From IMG/VR virus record IMGVR_UViG_3300023284_001411, positions 1-64,000 of that record: a stretch of DNA of 64,000 nt; one strand, given 5' to 3'. Numbering within the stretch: position 1 is the stretch's first letter; each line of letters begins with the position of its first letter. This stretch comes from a virus. Below, in pieces: positions 27,355-37,039 of the stretch. The notes under the pieces are model-generated. The model did no database searches and had not been told where the DNA came from. It was given only the letters and a program-made list of their open reading frames with translations. The translations under genes and the position numbers were made by a program.

Positions 27355-27427
27355 AAACCGAACAAGGTAACGGTCGAAGGGAAAAACTTTCCATATAAAG
27401 GTAACCTTCAACCAATCGGCTCGGTTT
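27355..27427 (-). ncRNA. Minimal Y RNA (copy 2, 73 nt)
   Basis: AAACCGAGCCGA...GGTTACC...CTTGTTCGGTTT followed by TT. Confidence 0.75.
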
Positions 27428-27445
27428 ATCTGAATGTCAAAGAAG

Positions 27446-27508
27446 GTCGAGCAAGTTTGTGACCAAAGGGTAAATGGTATGCTGATAACCTCCAGCCTTC
27501 GGCTCGAC
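27446..27508 (-). ncRNA. Minimal Y RNA (copy 1, 63 nt)
   Basis: GTCGAGCCGA...GGTTATC...CTTGCTCGAC. Confidence 0.75.
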
Positions 27509-27515
27509 TGATCCC

Positions 27516-27545
27516 AGTGTACCATCATCAGGGGTCCGAGGTCAA
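27516..27545 (-). promoter_or_regulatory. Candidate promoter for the Y RNA array / Ro60 operon
   Basis: TTGACC-N18-TACACT with extended TGG; the -10 ends 7 nt before the first Y RNA. Confidence 0.5.
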
Positions 27546-28234
27546 CCCTTTTTCTCGAGCAATTCCTTCTCGCGCTCCAAGGTGAGCTCGCCGGTCATGA
27601 CCCGGGTTCGCAGGAACACGGCGTAGGTGTCCTCCACGTCCCGCGCACAGTAGTCGTAGATCGTCTCGAGTTGGCCCTTGAGCCAGAGGCCGTAGACATC
27701 CTTCCCGACCGTGGCGCCCTTCCCAGGCCTTCCCACGACCCGCGCCAGTAGGTCCAGGCCGCCCGTGCAGCGGAAAGCGCCGAACTCCGTCATCCACTCC
27801 ATCAGATCGATCCGGTCAGAGGTGAACCGGTAGCGGTAACCGAACTTCGGGCCGGCGTAGTAGGCCGGGCACGATACACCGTACCGGAAGGCTGTCATGG
27901 ACAGGAGGGGGAGGTCGAAGCCCCGCCCGTTGAAGTCCACGAGGATCGGGCGATGCTTCTGGACACCTTCCCAGAAGCGCTGGGCAATCTCCTGAGCGGA
28001 ACCCTTAATGACGCCCGTCTTCTCGATCTTGAACCCCGCATCCAGGGCCAGGAAGGCCACGCAGATCGGTACCTGGTAAGTGACCGGGATGAAGTCAGAG
28101 CCCTTGTCCGCGAGGAGGTCCGCCTGGTATTGGCCGACGGTCTCGGAGCCACTCCAATCCTCGGGGTAGCCCCGGGAGTCCCGGATCAGTGTCCCGTCGG
28201 GCCGCGACTCGCAGTCGTAGACAAGGTACCTCAT
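27542..28234 (-). CDS. PolB-exonuclease-like DEDD 3'-5' exonuclease
   Basis: YLVYDCES (ExoI), LVDFNGRGFDLPLL (ExoII), YDYCARDVEDT (ExoIII); start MRYLVY at an ATGA overlap. Confidence 0.85.
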   Translation of the reverse strand: MRYLVYDCESRPDGTLIRDSRGYPEDWSGSETVGQYQADLLADKGSDFIPVTYQVPICVAFLALDAGFKIEKTGVIKGSAQEIAQRFWEGVQKHRPILVDFNGRGFDLPLLSMTAFRYGVSCPAYYAGPKFGYRYRFTSDRIDLMEWMTEFGAFRCTGGLDLLARVVGRPGKGATVGKDVYGLWLKGQLETIYDYCARDVEDTYAVFLRTRVMTGELTLEREKELLEKKG

Positions 28235-29316
28235 TCCGGAAACCTTCCAAACTTGACACCATCGAGCCTGAACCAAGGAGACTTCACATCCAAGGGATTA
28301 CCGATCACGATCATCTCGAGAAAGTCACGAAACAACGGCTCATAATCTGCCTTGGGAAGAAAAACCTCATTCGGTTTTGGGTCACAGGCCAGGGCCTTCG
28401 CCACTGTTCTCCAACCGTTCTTGGTATCCCCGCTCGAGCGCTCCATCCACTCATCAAGATCTCCAGCCTTAGCGTGCTCCACGAGCTCGTCGAGCATCGT
28501 CATAGTCATGGGCTGATGGAGTTCAAATTCTCCGCCGCATTTGAACAACACCGCCTGAGCGCAGTCGCCATCGTGCAGCGGCTTCGACTCGGGGTTCTCC
28601 GGGTTACCGGTCCACCACACATAGCCACTGGTCACAGCCATCCCGCAGTGGCCGCACGGGCCATGCCCCATGTGTGGGGGAGGGCCGAGCTGGCCGACCT
28701 GGCCGACCTGGTCAGCTGTAAAGAAAAACTTATCCGGCTCAAACGGAGCGTCCTTGGGGAAGTCGAGAGATAAAGTACCATCACCCTCATTCGACCGAAA
28801 CTCAACGCCACTGATTTTGACTTTCGCGGAAGTGGACGCCACATCAGGATCATCCATCCGTATAGCATGCTCCACCAACTGGTCGAATGCCTTGGGTTCC
28901 ATGTAAACGACCGAGGGCTTCGGATAGGCCTGGGTATGGGAGAGGATGAAGTGCCCCATGCTATATATCTCAATCGCGGGGGTGGTGTCCACAGTATGAA
29001 CGGAGTTCCCATCTGTGGCTTCCGGCGCCAGGGTTTTCCCTTTCCCCACCACTCCTTCACGGATACAGGAATTACACACTTGCCCATGGAGCCGAGGAGC
29101 GTTGCCACCGCAAAACGGGCAACAGCCCTTGGCCATGACCGGATTCGACCGAAAAGCCTCCTTACCATAGTCCAGGACCTGGCCCCAGGAGTCCTTTGAC
29201 GCCTCCGCGGGCGCCCCGGCAATGTCGATCAGGGTCCGCTTCGCGCAGTCCTCGGCGTGTTGCTCGAGGGGGAGGTCCGGGTCAGAGAGTAGGCATCGAC
29301 AGCTGCAGTGTATCAT
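28231..29316 (-). CDS. Hypothetical protein with N-terminal CxCRCLLxDP motif and zinc fingers
   Basis: MIHCSCRCLLSDPDLPLEQHAEDCA; CPFC..CNSC; CGHC. Confidence 0.65.
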   Translation of the reverse strand: MIHCSCRCLLSDPDLPLEQHAEDCAKRTLIDIAGAPAEASKDSWGQVLDYGKEAFRSNPVMAKGCCPFCGGNAPRLHGQVCNSCIREGVVGKGKTLAPEATDGNSVHTVDTTPAIEIYSMGHFILSHTQAYPKPSVVYMEPKAFDQLVEHAIRMDDPDVASTSAKVKISGVEFRSNEGDGTLSLDFPKDAPFEPDKFFFTADQVGQVGQLGPPPHMGHGPCGHCGMAVTSGYVWWTGNPENPESKPLHDGDCAQAVLFKCGGEFELHQPMTMTMLDELVEHAKAGDLDEWMERSSGDTKNGWRTVAKALACDPKPNEVFLPKADYEPLFRDFLEMIVIGNPLDVKSPWFRLDGVKFGRFPE

Positions 29317-29616
29317 GCTTTCGTCTTCCCTACTACTGATGAGAGGTAAGTCTGGGCCAGGGCCATCGACTGTTCCGCAGTGAAGCCCTTGGCAAGGGCC
29401 GCATCGTAAACGTTCTTGATAACTTCCATCAAGATGGGCGCGGTGTCTTTCGTGTTCTCGGCCGCCGCTTCAATCTCGGCGAGCTTCGCCGCGTCATCTT
29501 CGGGGAGATGGGGTGTGGTCATCCTACTTGACATCCTTTCATGAGTATTCCTACGAGGTAAACGACCCCGAGCCAAAAGGTCGAGGCGAACACAGATTCA
29601 GGCCAGGTAAATTGCA

Positions 29617-29964
29617 TCAGACTCCTCCCATCATCGCGTTGAACCACTGCCGCCGGGCCTCGCCCTCGGGCGTGGGTTCAGGGGTCACAGGAAAGAACTC
29701 TGACAAAGCTGTCGCGTACCTTCCGAAATCACCAAAGAACTTCTGAGCGATAACAGCCAGGGAGTGTTCCCCTTCGTGGAAGGCCATTGCCGAGTTGTGT
29801 ACGGGTGCATAGACCCTGTCCCTGGCAACATCGTACAGATCTACATGGCAAATATTACAGGCATAAAGCTCTCGGCCTTCCTTCCAGTCCTTATAGAAAG
29901 ACTTATTCTGTGCGTCTACTGAAATAATCTCATGGGAGCCGCACAATGGGCAGTAGGCGATCAT
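29617..29964 (-). CDS. Zinc-ribbon hypothetical protein
   Basis: CPLC...CNIC; coupled to neighbours. Confidence 0.5.
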   Translation of the reverse strand: MIAYCPLCGSHEIISVDAQNKSFYKDWKEGRELYACNICHVDLYDVARDRVYAPVHNSAMAFHEGEHSLAVIAQKFFGDFGRYATALSEFFPVTPEPTPEGEARRQWFNAMMGGV

Positions 29965-30226
29965 ACCTCGCGCCCCTTCCAGTCATCCCACACCTTGGGC
30001 GGGTGGATCTTGTCCCGGCCGTGGCATGAGTAACACTCCTTCAGGATCCGGTTGCCCTCACCGTGGACGCGATAGGCCCGCTGGGCCGGCGTCTCGAGGA
30101 GCTCAGCCTGGGCCGCGGGCGGGAGCTGAGCGGGCTTGTCGGCAAAACCAGTAGCCCAACCCATACTAATCGCAAACAGCAACATCAGGCCAAGGAAGCT
30201 ATACCACGTTTCTACTGGATACAGCC

Positions 30227-30646
30227 TCATTCCTCCTCCTCACTGTCAATAGACTTGACCAGGGCAGCGAAGCTCGAGGCCAGGCGGGCCAGGTCGTCCC
30301 GCGTCTGACCGGAGAGCTGCATCCCGTTGATCTCGATGGTGAAGGAAGGCCCATCCAGGAGCTTCCCCTCCCGGAGCTGTACCCACGTGGCAAAGGTCAG
30401 GCCCGACTCCACGAAGGCCTCGAACGTGCCGAGCATGGTCGGCTGGCGAGAGGCCCACGGCGTACCGGTGAAGAGGTTGGCGCCGACGTAAACGTCCTCT
30501 TCGCCGAGCTTCTGCTTCGTGTCCTTAAGGATGATGGCGAAGTCACCTCCCTCCTCGGGCAGGGACTTTGCGATCATGCCCGTGGTGCTGAGTTGGTTGA
30601 TGACCTTGAAGATATCGCCTTGGTGATTGGTCATTGACAATCCCAT
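30227..30646 (-). CDS. Hypothetical protein
   Basis: 139-aa ORF in a tightly packed run of small minus-strand genes (29313-32263). Confidence 0.55.
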   Translation of the reverse strand: MGLSMTNHQGDIFKVINQLSTTGMIAKSLPEEGGDFAIILKDTKQKLGEEDVYVGANLFTGTPWASRQPTMLGTFEAFVESGLTFATWVQLREGKLLDGPSFTIEINGMQLSGQTRDDLARLASSFAALVKSIDSEEEE

Positions 30647-32237
30647 CTATCAAGAGCTTTCTGCATAGTCACACTCACAGCGTCCGTCTTTCCCCATTTT
30701 CCTGTAGTGGCGTTAGCCCATACGCGGATAACACAAAAATAGACAACCTTCCTTGGTAAATGGTCAGCTATCCAACGACTTATCTTGTTTTTTCTTTCAT
30801 GCCAGTCAGTCATTGGGCACCACGCAGTGAATGGTTGTGTCGAGGCTCTCGATCCTATTGGCCAGGAGCGCGAAGCCCTTCTCGGTGACGTCAGCCAAGC
30901 GCTCAAGGGCGTCGGCTATCCGCTTCACGTCTGCGAGGTAGGTTTCTGTTTCCTTACAGTCCATCGTTCTTCGAGTCTCCTCATAGCCTTCGGTCCGGGT
31001 AAAGCGCCTATACGACGTCTTCGAGTCTCCGTCCAGTATACCACGGCATCTTTCGGTGTATACCCCGATTCCACGAGATTTCGAATCTTCTTCCGCGCCA
31101 GAGAGTCGGTGCTCCAGTAGCGCTTCCGCGCCGGGCGCAGATCGGGGCGCTTGCACTTCTTACCCGCTTGTTTTACCGCCATCGTCCTTCTTCCTTTCTA
31201 CTTGGCCCTTTGTCGTCACTGTAATATAGCGTTGCCGCTCCTTGAGGAACTCCTTCACATCCACCTTCTGCGTTAGCAGGCCGTCCCGGTAGACAGGGTA
31301 CTCGCCCTCGGCCAGGACGTGGACCTTCCCGTCGATGTCCGTGAACGTCCGGAGCTCGCAGTCCTTACAGGCCCAGGTCCCGGGTCGGGGGCCGAAGGCC
31401 ACGGCCTCCATCGAGCTGCAGTTCCAGCAGACCAGCTCACAACTCATCCTTTACCTCCTCCGCGGTCAAGTCTTCATTCTCAAGTTCGGCGTCGTCGGCA
31501 GCGTCCAAGGCTTCGTCCTCGTTCTCCGCTTCGACGAAAGCGATTCGAGTCAGGGTGAGCTTCCACGTCTTCATTTGCGCCGCCTCGCCCCGCAGCCGTC
31601 GCAGCGGCGAAGGCCCGGGGTTAGTTTGGTGGCGCAGTGTCGGCAATGGGATTTAATCACCACCAAGGGAAAGGGGCCGACTGATTTGGGCAAGCCCAGC
31701 AGCCACTCGGCCACGAACGCCAGGATAATGAAATAGATCAGACCAAAAACAACAATCCATCCAGGACCAATCATGCGCCCGCCTCCTCGGCCTTGCGGTA
31801 GAGGAGCTCGGCCAGGGCCTTCGCGGTCTCGGGGAGGAACCAAACCCTCGTGCCGTCGGCCAAACAGAGCACGACGCGCCCGGTCGACCCATCAAGGGCC
31901 ACTGACGCAGCCGCGCAGGAAGGAATCCCCTCCAGCGCGGCGTCAATAGCTTGTTTCGCGTTTATGGCGTCCGCCTCGGCCCGGTAACGATCAAGAACGG
32001 CCTTCTGCTTCTTGAGGATCTCAGCCTCGGCCTCGGCCCTGAAGTCTCGAAAGAAATCACCCATTGTCGTCCTCCTCCATCAGGTCAAAGCCGTCAGCCA
32101 GTTGGTCGTCGTAGCACGCTGGCTCATACCGAGCGTCCTCGGGCTCGAGGGTCGCGACGGCATGCGCCTCGTCGAGGCACCGCATCGCAGCCTCGGAAAA
32201 CTCGCTTCTGTGAACGCCGCCACAGTAAGGGCAGAGG

Positions 32238-32684
32238 CTACTCTCCCTCGTCTGCGTCGTCATTTGTGAACTCCTCTCTCCACTCTTTCTCAGTGTCGCA
32301 CGGCTTCTCGACGATCAGCACGCCGCCGTTGAAGGTCGCGTCGATCGGGGACTTGTCCTTGTACGCGGGGTTGTGGCGCTTGACATGCATTGCAAGTAGC
32401 GATCCATCGAACCTTCGGATATGGCCACAGACCTTGCCGTTGTGAAACTTGGGCTCGTCCCAGCCGTCGACGCCACGCTTGTGGAGCGCAGCCTCCAGGA
32501 CGTTCTCGCAGTAGAAGTTCATTGCGTCGCGCTCGTCATCCTCGAAGTGGGAATCACGCGCTCGCATTCGGCGCAAGGTCCCGTAGCTCATGCCCGCGGC
32601 GCGGGCCGACGGGCCATAGCGGCCGGTTCGCTCGAGCTCGACCAAGTAGGCCTGAATGGTTTTTTCGTCAATCGCTGGATTCAA
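32238..32684 (-). CDS. terS: Terminase small subunit
   Basis: YLVELERTG...SARAAGMS HTH, LEAALHKRGVDGWDEPKFHNG and RRFDGSLLAMHVKRHNPAYKD match a common TerS family; TTG start with GGGAG SD. Confidence 0.72.
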   Translation of the reverse strand: MNPAIDEKTIQAYLVELERTGRYGPSARAAGMSYGTLRRMRARDSHFEDDERDAMNFYCENVLEAALHKRGVDGWDEPKFHNGKVCGHIRRFDGSLLAMHVKRHNPAYKDKSPIDATFNGGVLIVEKPCDTEKEWREEFTNDDADEGE

Positions 32685-32721
32685 TTGTCTCTCCCAAAAA
32701 AAATTATAACTTAACCCAGCA

Positions 32722-33222
32722 CTATGTTACCACACTTTTAGCCAAAAGGTCGGCATAAACGTACTCCTCGCGCCCATGCTCGGGAGGAGGCCTGATCCGC
32801 TGAATGCCCAAGGGGATCTCTTTAAGCGTCGAGAGGACCACCAGTTTGTCGCGGTCGCGCCGGAAAATACGGGCGCTAACCTTCTTCTCGTTCAGAAGCT
32901 TCTTGATCCGGTCGCGAATGTACCTGGACGTCACAGCCTCATCGAGCATCCGGGCCTGCTGCCGAAAGCGTATGCGGCTCTTCGTCCGTGGGTTGCCGGT
33001 GTCGTCTGACTTGACCCGTAGGGCGGCGGCCACGTCGGCGAACCTGTAAAACTTCAGGGAGCCCATGGTGAAATAAGGAACGGTGTCAAGGAGTATATAA
33101 GGGTTCCCGTAACGGTTCAGGCCCAACGCTCCAAGCACGTCGGGCCGAGTACCCACAGGGAATGCGATCGTTAAAGCCTGAAACTGTCGTAAGTTCTTGC
33201 CTGTTATCTTTATAATTCTCAT
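32722..33222 (-). CDS. Basic hypothetical protein
   Basis: 166-aa Arg/Lys-rich ORF upstream of terS. Confidence 0.55.
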   Translation of the reverse strand: MRIIKITGKNLRQFQALTIAFPVGTRPDVLGALGLNRYGNPYILLDTVPYFTMGSLKFYRFADVAAALRVKSDDTGNPRTKSRIRFRQQARMLDEAVTSRYIRDRIKKLLNEKKVSARIFRRDRDKLVVLSTLKEIPLGIQRIRPPPEHGREEYVYADLLAKSVVT

Positions 33223-33445
33223 AATTATCTTTGCTGGTCTTTGCTGGAAAACAGGATTCTCAAAGTCGTAAGCCCAAGTGGCGTCACGCCCCCCGGGGAA
33301 AAAACTTTACTTACTTTAAACTTATATAGATGTTGTGGGGTAAAATATAATAAACATTTATACACCCCCTGTAAACCCTGTGTCTATAAACTTAGGGGGT
33401 AAAGTTATGAAGTGAATAAAGATCTGAGCCGTAACTCCAACAAAA
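33223..33445. other. AT-rich non-coding region (candidate pac/terminus, origin or late-promoter region)
   Basis: Among the longest intergenic gaps and strongly AT-rich in a GC-rich genome; repeated GGGGTAAA and TAAACTTA motifs. Confidence 0.4.
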
Positions 33446-33971
33446 CTACCGATTCGTCTTTTGGTCACACTTCACTACCTTCCAGGCGTCGATCGGCCCC
33501 GAGTATAGATCCACGAACACCGCCCGCACGCGCCGCTCGAATTCGTCCGGCGACACTACATCCGTGAGTGTGAATTCTTCGGGCACTTCCCCACCCTCAT
33601 AGAGCGCCTCGTCTGCGAGCTCGAGCATGCCCACGGGGTCCAGGAAGGCCGCCAGCGTCCCCGCTGTATGCCGCTCGACCTCGTAGAGGCAGTAGTCATG
33701 CGGGTGTCCTGGCGCCCCTTCTCCGGCCAGTAGGGCCTCTAACCAGGCATTGTGGACCTCCCAAGCCTCCTCCGGCGTCGCGAATGTCACCTCACATGAC
33801 ATGAATCCAGCGTATTTCTCGTCGACCACGTACCGAGGCCCCTTGGCCGGTGCCGCTGGCAGTTGGCCAAGGACCCACTGCAACGATCCTTGGCGCGCCG
33901 TCAGCCGATGCCATTCGGGCGATCCGGCGACGGCCCTATCAGCCATATCCCCTATTCGGTCCCATTCCTTC

Positions 33972-34253
33972 TCAATCGTCCTTCGTAAGTCGTCCATCGT
34001 CCTTCCTCCAATAGTAAAGCGCCAGCGCCAGCCACACAGTAGTGGCCGCAAAGGCCCCAAGCCCGCCCCAAAATGAATTCCACTGGGCGAGGGAGGGGTA
34101 GTAAAAGAGATTCCAAACGCTCCATACCCAGAAAAACCCAATCGCCACCAGCGACACCCCGCGAAGCCCGCGGTCCAGCCAGATCCGCCGCACGTTCAGG
34201 AGAACAAACAGCCCGCCAGAGAGCTCGAACAGGCTGTTCACGAGATCATGCAT
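33972..34253 (-). CDS. PQ-loop/SemiSWEET-like 3-TM membrane protein
   Basis: Three hydrophobic helices with RGVSL...WNLFYY pattern. Confidence 0.55.
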   Translation of the reverse strand: MHDLVNSLFELSGGLFVLLNVRRIWLDRGLRGVSLVAIGFFWVWSVWNLFYYPSLAQWNSFWGGLGAFAATTVWLALALYYWRKDDGRLTKDD

Positions 34254-34899
34254 CGCCCAAGAAAATGAAAGCGGAGGGGCTGAAGTTCACTTCCCGCAGT
34301 TCTTTGTCAAACTGTGCCTTGAGTTCTTCAGAGAAGGTCCTGGCCACTACCCCTATAAAGTCGACACCAGCGGTCATGAAGTCTGTAACTATGCTGACGT
34401 CCGCGCCGCGAAGTATGACGTCCTTCCCTTCCCGGTCGACGTCTTGGAGACGTTTCAACAGCTCATGCGGAGGGGTGTAAAGGAGGATTGCCGCGGCGCG
34501 CTGTACTTTCTCGTCAAGGGTGATGGTCAGATCAGGGACTTTCATTTCCTTTTCTCCAAATCTAATAGTCGGCCGTGGGCCGTGTCCAGTCGCTCGTGAA
34601 TCATCTTGATGCGACCGTTTGTCAAACGGTCATTGAGGAGGATGTAGACGACAAGGAGCGCCAGCCCCAGAAATGTTACTGCGTCCATGCTCGCACCTCC
34701 CCTATCACATCAACCCGCTCCACGTCCGTCGCGTCGCCCCAGCTTGCCGTCTCTCCATTAATCAGTTTCACGGTATTGAGTGACGAAACACTGGGCAACG
34801 TCCGCATCCAGACATCCCCGTTTTTTTCACGGAAACAGTCCCCGGGCAGCAGCGCCCCGACCGTCGTCCATGCTCCTCTGGGCGCTTTTCGAATCTTCA

Positions 34900-36750
34900 T
34901 TAAACCAATCCTCCTTTCTCGAAGGGGTTCACCGACGGCGGTTGGTAGGAGACCATAGGCGTCTCAGGACTTATCGACAGTCGGCAAGGCTCATCCCGCA
35001 TCGGGTGCTGGGCGTGCGGCGACCACTTCTTTTTTAGGCCTGCAGCAATCCTCTCAAGAATCGTCCGGGTGTCTCCGACTACGTTTTGAAGCTCGATGGT
35101 GATATCACTCGTCCCAGATCCAAAGTCGCATTCCGTTCGTAGAGCGACAGCATTTGGGTAGAGTAGATGTACAAGTTGGAGCTGATTCGGCCCGTTCGAC
35201 ATCTCGCGGAGGGCCTTTATGTGTTCTGCCGCTGCCTCCATGTGGGCCTGAACATCCGCGGGGGTCGACACCGCCTCGTAGTGTGCCGACCACTCGACAT
35301 CGTCCGCCGACGATGTTGGTGCGACGCCGTGCTCCGGGCAGTCGGCCGACTGCCCCGGTGGACAGCCGTGCTCGACACAAGTGCATTTGTCGCCGTGCAT
35401 CTGGCATTCGGCCTTGGACCCAGGCTCGTCCCCAAAGGTCCCGGTCGCGATGCAGACGCACTCTGGGTCGGAGTTCGGAAGTCCACAGCACGCACAGTCA
35501 TCCTCGTGCCGGGCCTCGCACGGGATGACCTTGTCCATCCACCCGTACTCGTGGTCCCCCATGTCGTATAGGAGAGTGTTTGACACCTTCACTCCACAGA
35601 TGCTACAAGAAGTCTCATCCGTGTCGTCTCCTATCCAGTCGTGCTCATACTCACCCGATCGCCCGGGCACGACGACGTCGAGGAAGTGTAGGCAAGCGGC
35701 GTTGTACATATGGATGTCCACCGTACGCTTTATACCACTCGCTCTGACGGACACATTACCACAAACCGATACCAGCTTATCATCCTTTGGCCCCCAGGCC
35801 ATGGTGAGGTTCAGGTTCCGCTGGCACTCCTCGGGGAACTCATCGCGGATCGCCGTGTACGACTGCTCCTTGAAGTACGACGCCGCGAGCTCGAAGTCCT
35901 TCTTGCCGATGGGTCGGCTGCCCCACCCCTCGAATTCAATCTGCACGGGGTTGCCGCTGTAAGGTAGCTTCTTGGCCAGCTGCTCCTTGAGGCACTGCTT
36001 TGCGTGCTCGTCCGGGGCCTGCCGCATGACGCGCTCGAACGCACCGCGCTTGCCGCCACCGCCGTACGCCATCATGAGCTTATCCTCCTTGGCCTTCGTC
36101 CTTTGGCGCTTCTTCTCTATCTCCCGGCCCTTGAACCCGGTACATGCCGGGTCCGCCAGGGAGAGACCGCAGATGATACACTGCGAGCCGCTGAATTTGT
36201 CCATGCTCCTTCGACGATGGCATGATAAGGCGGCGCGATGCGACGCTTCCCACTCTTTATGGGATAGCACCCCGTCGGGACGGAACGGCTTCCCGTTGAA
36301 GTCCGTCGGGACCTCGGGGAACTCAGTCTTTTCTTTTACAGGCGCTTTCGTCTGCCAATACCACCGCGCCTCGTTCCAGGTCTTCATGTCGAAGCAAGCG
36401 GTCCGGTTTATAAGTTGGTCGTCAGGGCATGAACCCAAGATGACTTCGATCACGTTCCCTGCTCTGGGTGGTTTGCTGAGCTCCTTCTGTAAGGCTTGCT
36501 GCTCCATCGGGGTATTGGCCTTTGCCAGTACGCGGTCGAACGAGGCCTTCGTCACCTTCTCCTCGAAGTCGGCATCGCGCTCGTGAACGTAGCCGGTCGC
36601 TGGCGCCGGCACATCTTCGCGGTACTCCTTCGCCGCGTCTCCGCGGAGGTATAGGGTGACGCCCTCGTGAACCGCACATTCGGCCGTGTGCATGTCCGCG
36701 GTGATGGTCGACGGGTCGTACAGTAAACAGCGGCAATTGCATTGACTCAT
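34900..36750 (-). CDS. Large Cys-rich mosaic hypothetical protein with CxCRCLLxDP N-terminus
   Basis: MSQCNCRCLLYDP...HTAECA; internal repeats and many CxxC motifs. Confidence 0.65.
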   Translation of the reverse strand: MSQCNCRCLLYDPSTITADMHTAECAVHEGVTLYLRGDAAKEYREDVPAPATGYVHERDADFEEKVTKASFDRVLAKANTPMEQQALQKELSKPPRAGNVIEVILGSCPDDQLINRTACFDMKTWNEARWYWQTKAPVKEKTEFPEVPTDFNGKPFRPDGVLSHKEWEASHRAALSCHRRRSMDKFSGSQCIICGLSLADPACTGFKGREIEKKRQRTKAKEDKLMMAYGGGGKRGAFERVMRQAPDEHAKQCLKEQLAKKLPYSGNPVQIEFEGWGSRPIGKKDFELAASYFKEQSYTAIRDEFPEECQRNLNLTMAWGPKDDKLVSVCGNVSVRASGIKRTVDIHMYNAACLHFLDVVVPGRSGEYEHDWIGDDTDETSCSICGVKVSNTLLYDMGDHEYGWMDKVIPCEARHEDDCACCGLPNSDPECVCIATGTFGDEPGSKAECQMHGDKCTCVEHGCPPGQSADCPEHGVAPTSSADDVEWSAHYEAVSTPADVQAHMEAAAEHIKALREMSNGPNQLQLVHLLYPNAVALRTECDFGSGTSDITIELQNVVGDTRTILERIAAGLKKKWSPHAQHPMRDEPCRLSISPETPMVSYQPPSVNPFEKGGLV

Positions 36751-37039
36751 CAAATTACTCCTGCTGCCTCGGCTCGCTTGGCAGCTAATTCTGTAAACTC
36801 GGCCTCTATAGTAAGTCCGTCTTGTTCAATATCATACATCCCATCTGGAAGCTCTATTAGCGGGAATACCCCACGATCTTTGAGAGCTCGAGTATAGCTT
36901 GCAGCAACTTCTTTCGCTCGAGTTCCTTCAGGGAACTTGTGTTGGCATTCGGCCAAGAACCCTACAAATTCGTCGAGCAATTTGCGGAGATGAATCTTTT
37001 TCTCCTGGTGATAGTTCTGGGCTGCCGCGTCGAGTCGGT

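Noticed and set aside
26955-27528. Short ORFs 26955..27209, 27106..27321 and 27346..27528, and a CRISPR reading of the repeats
   Set aside because: The ORFs overlap the structured RNA units and lack protein features. The repeats are paired 5'/3' stem halves of variable-length units, not identical direct repeats with spacers.
30020-30063. CYSCH (CxxCH) heme-c motif in the TM protein 29961..30230
   Set aside because: A single short motif in an 89-aa protein with no other cytochrome features; too weak to call.
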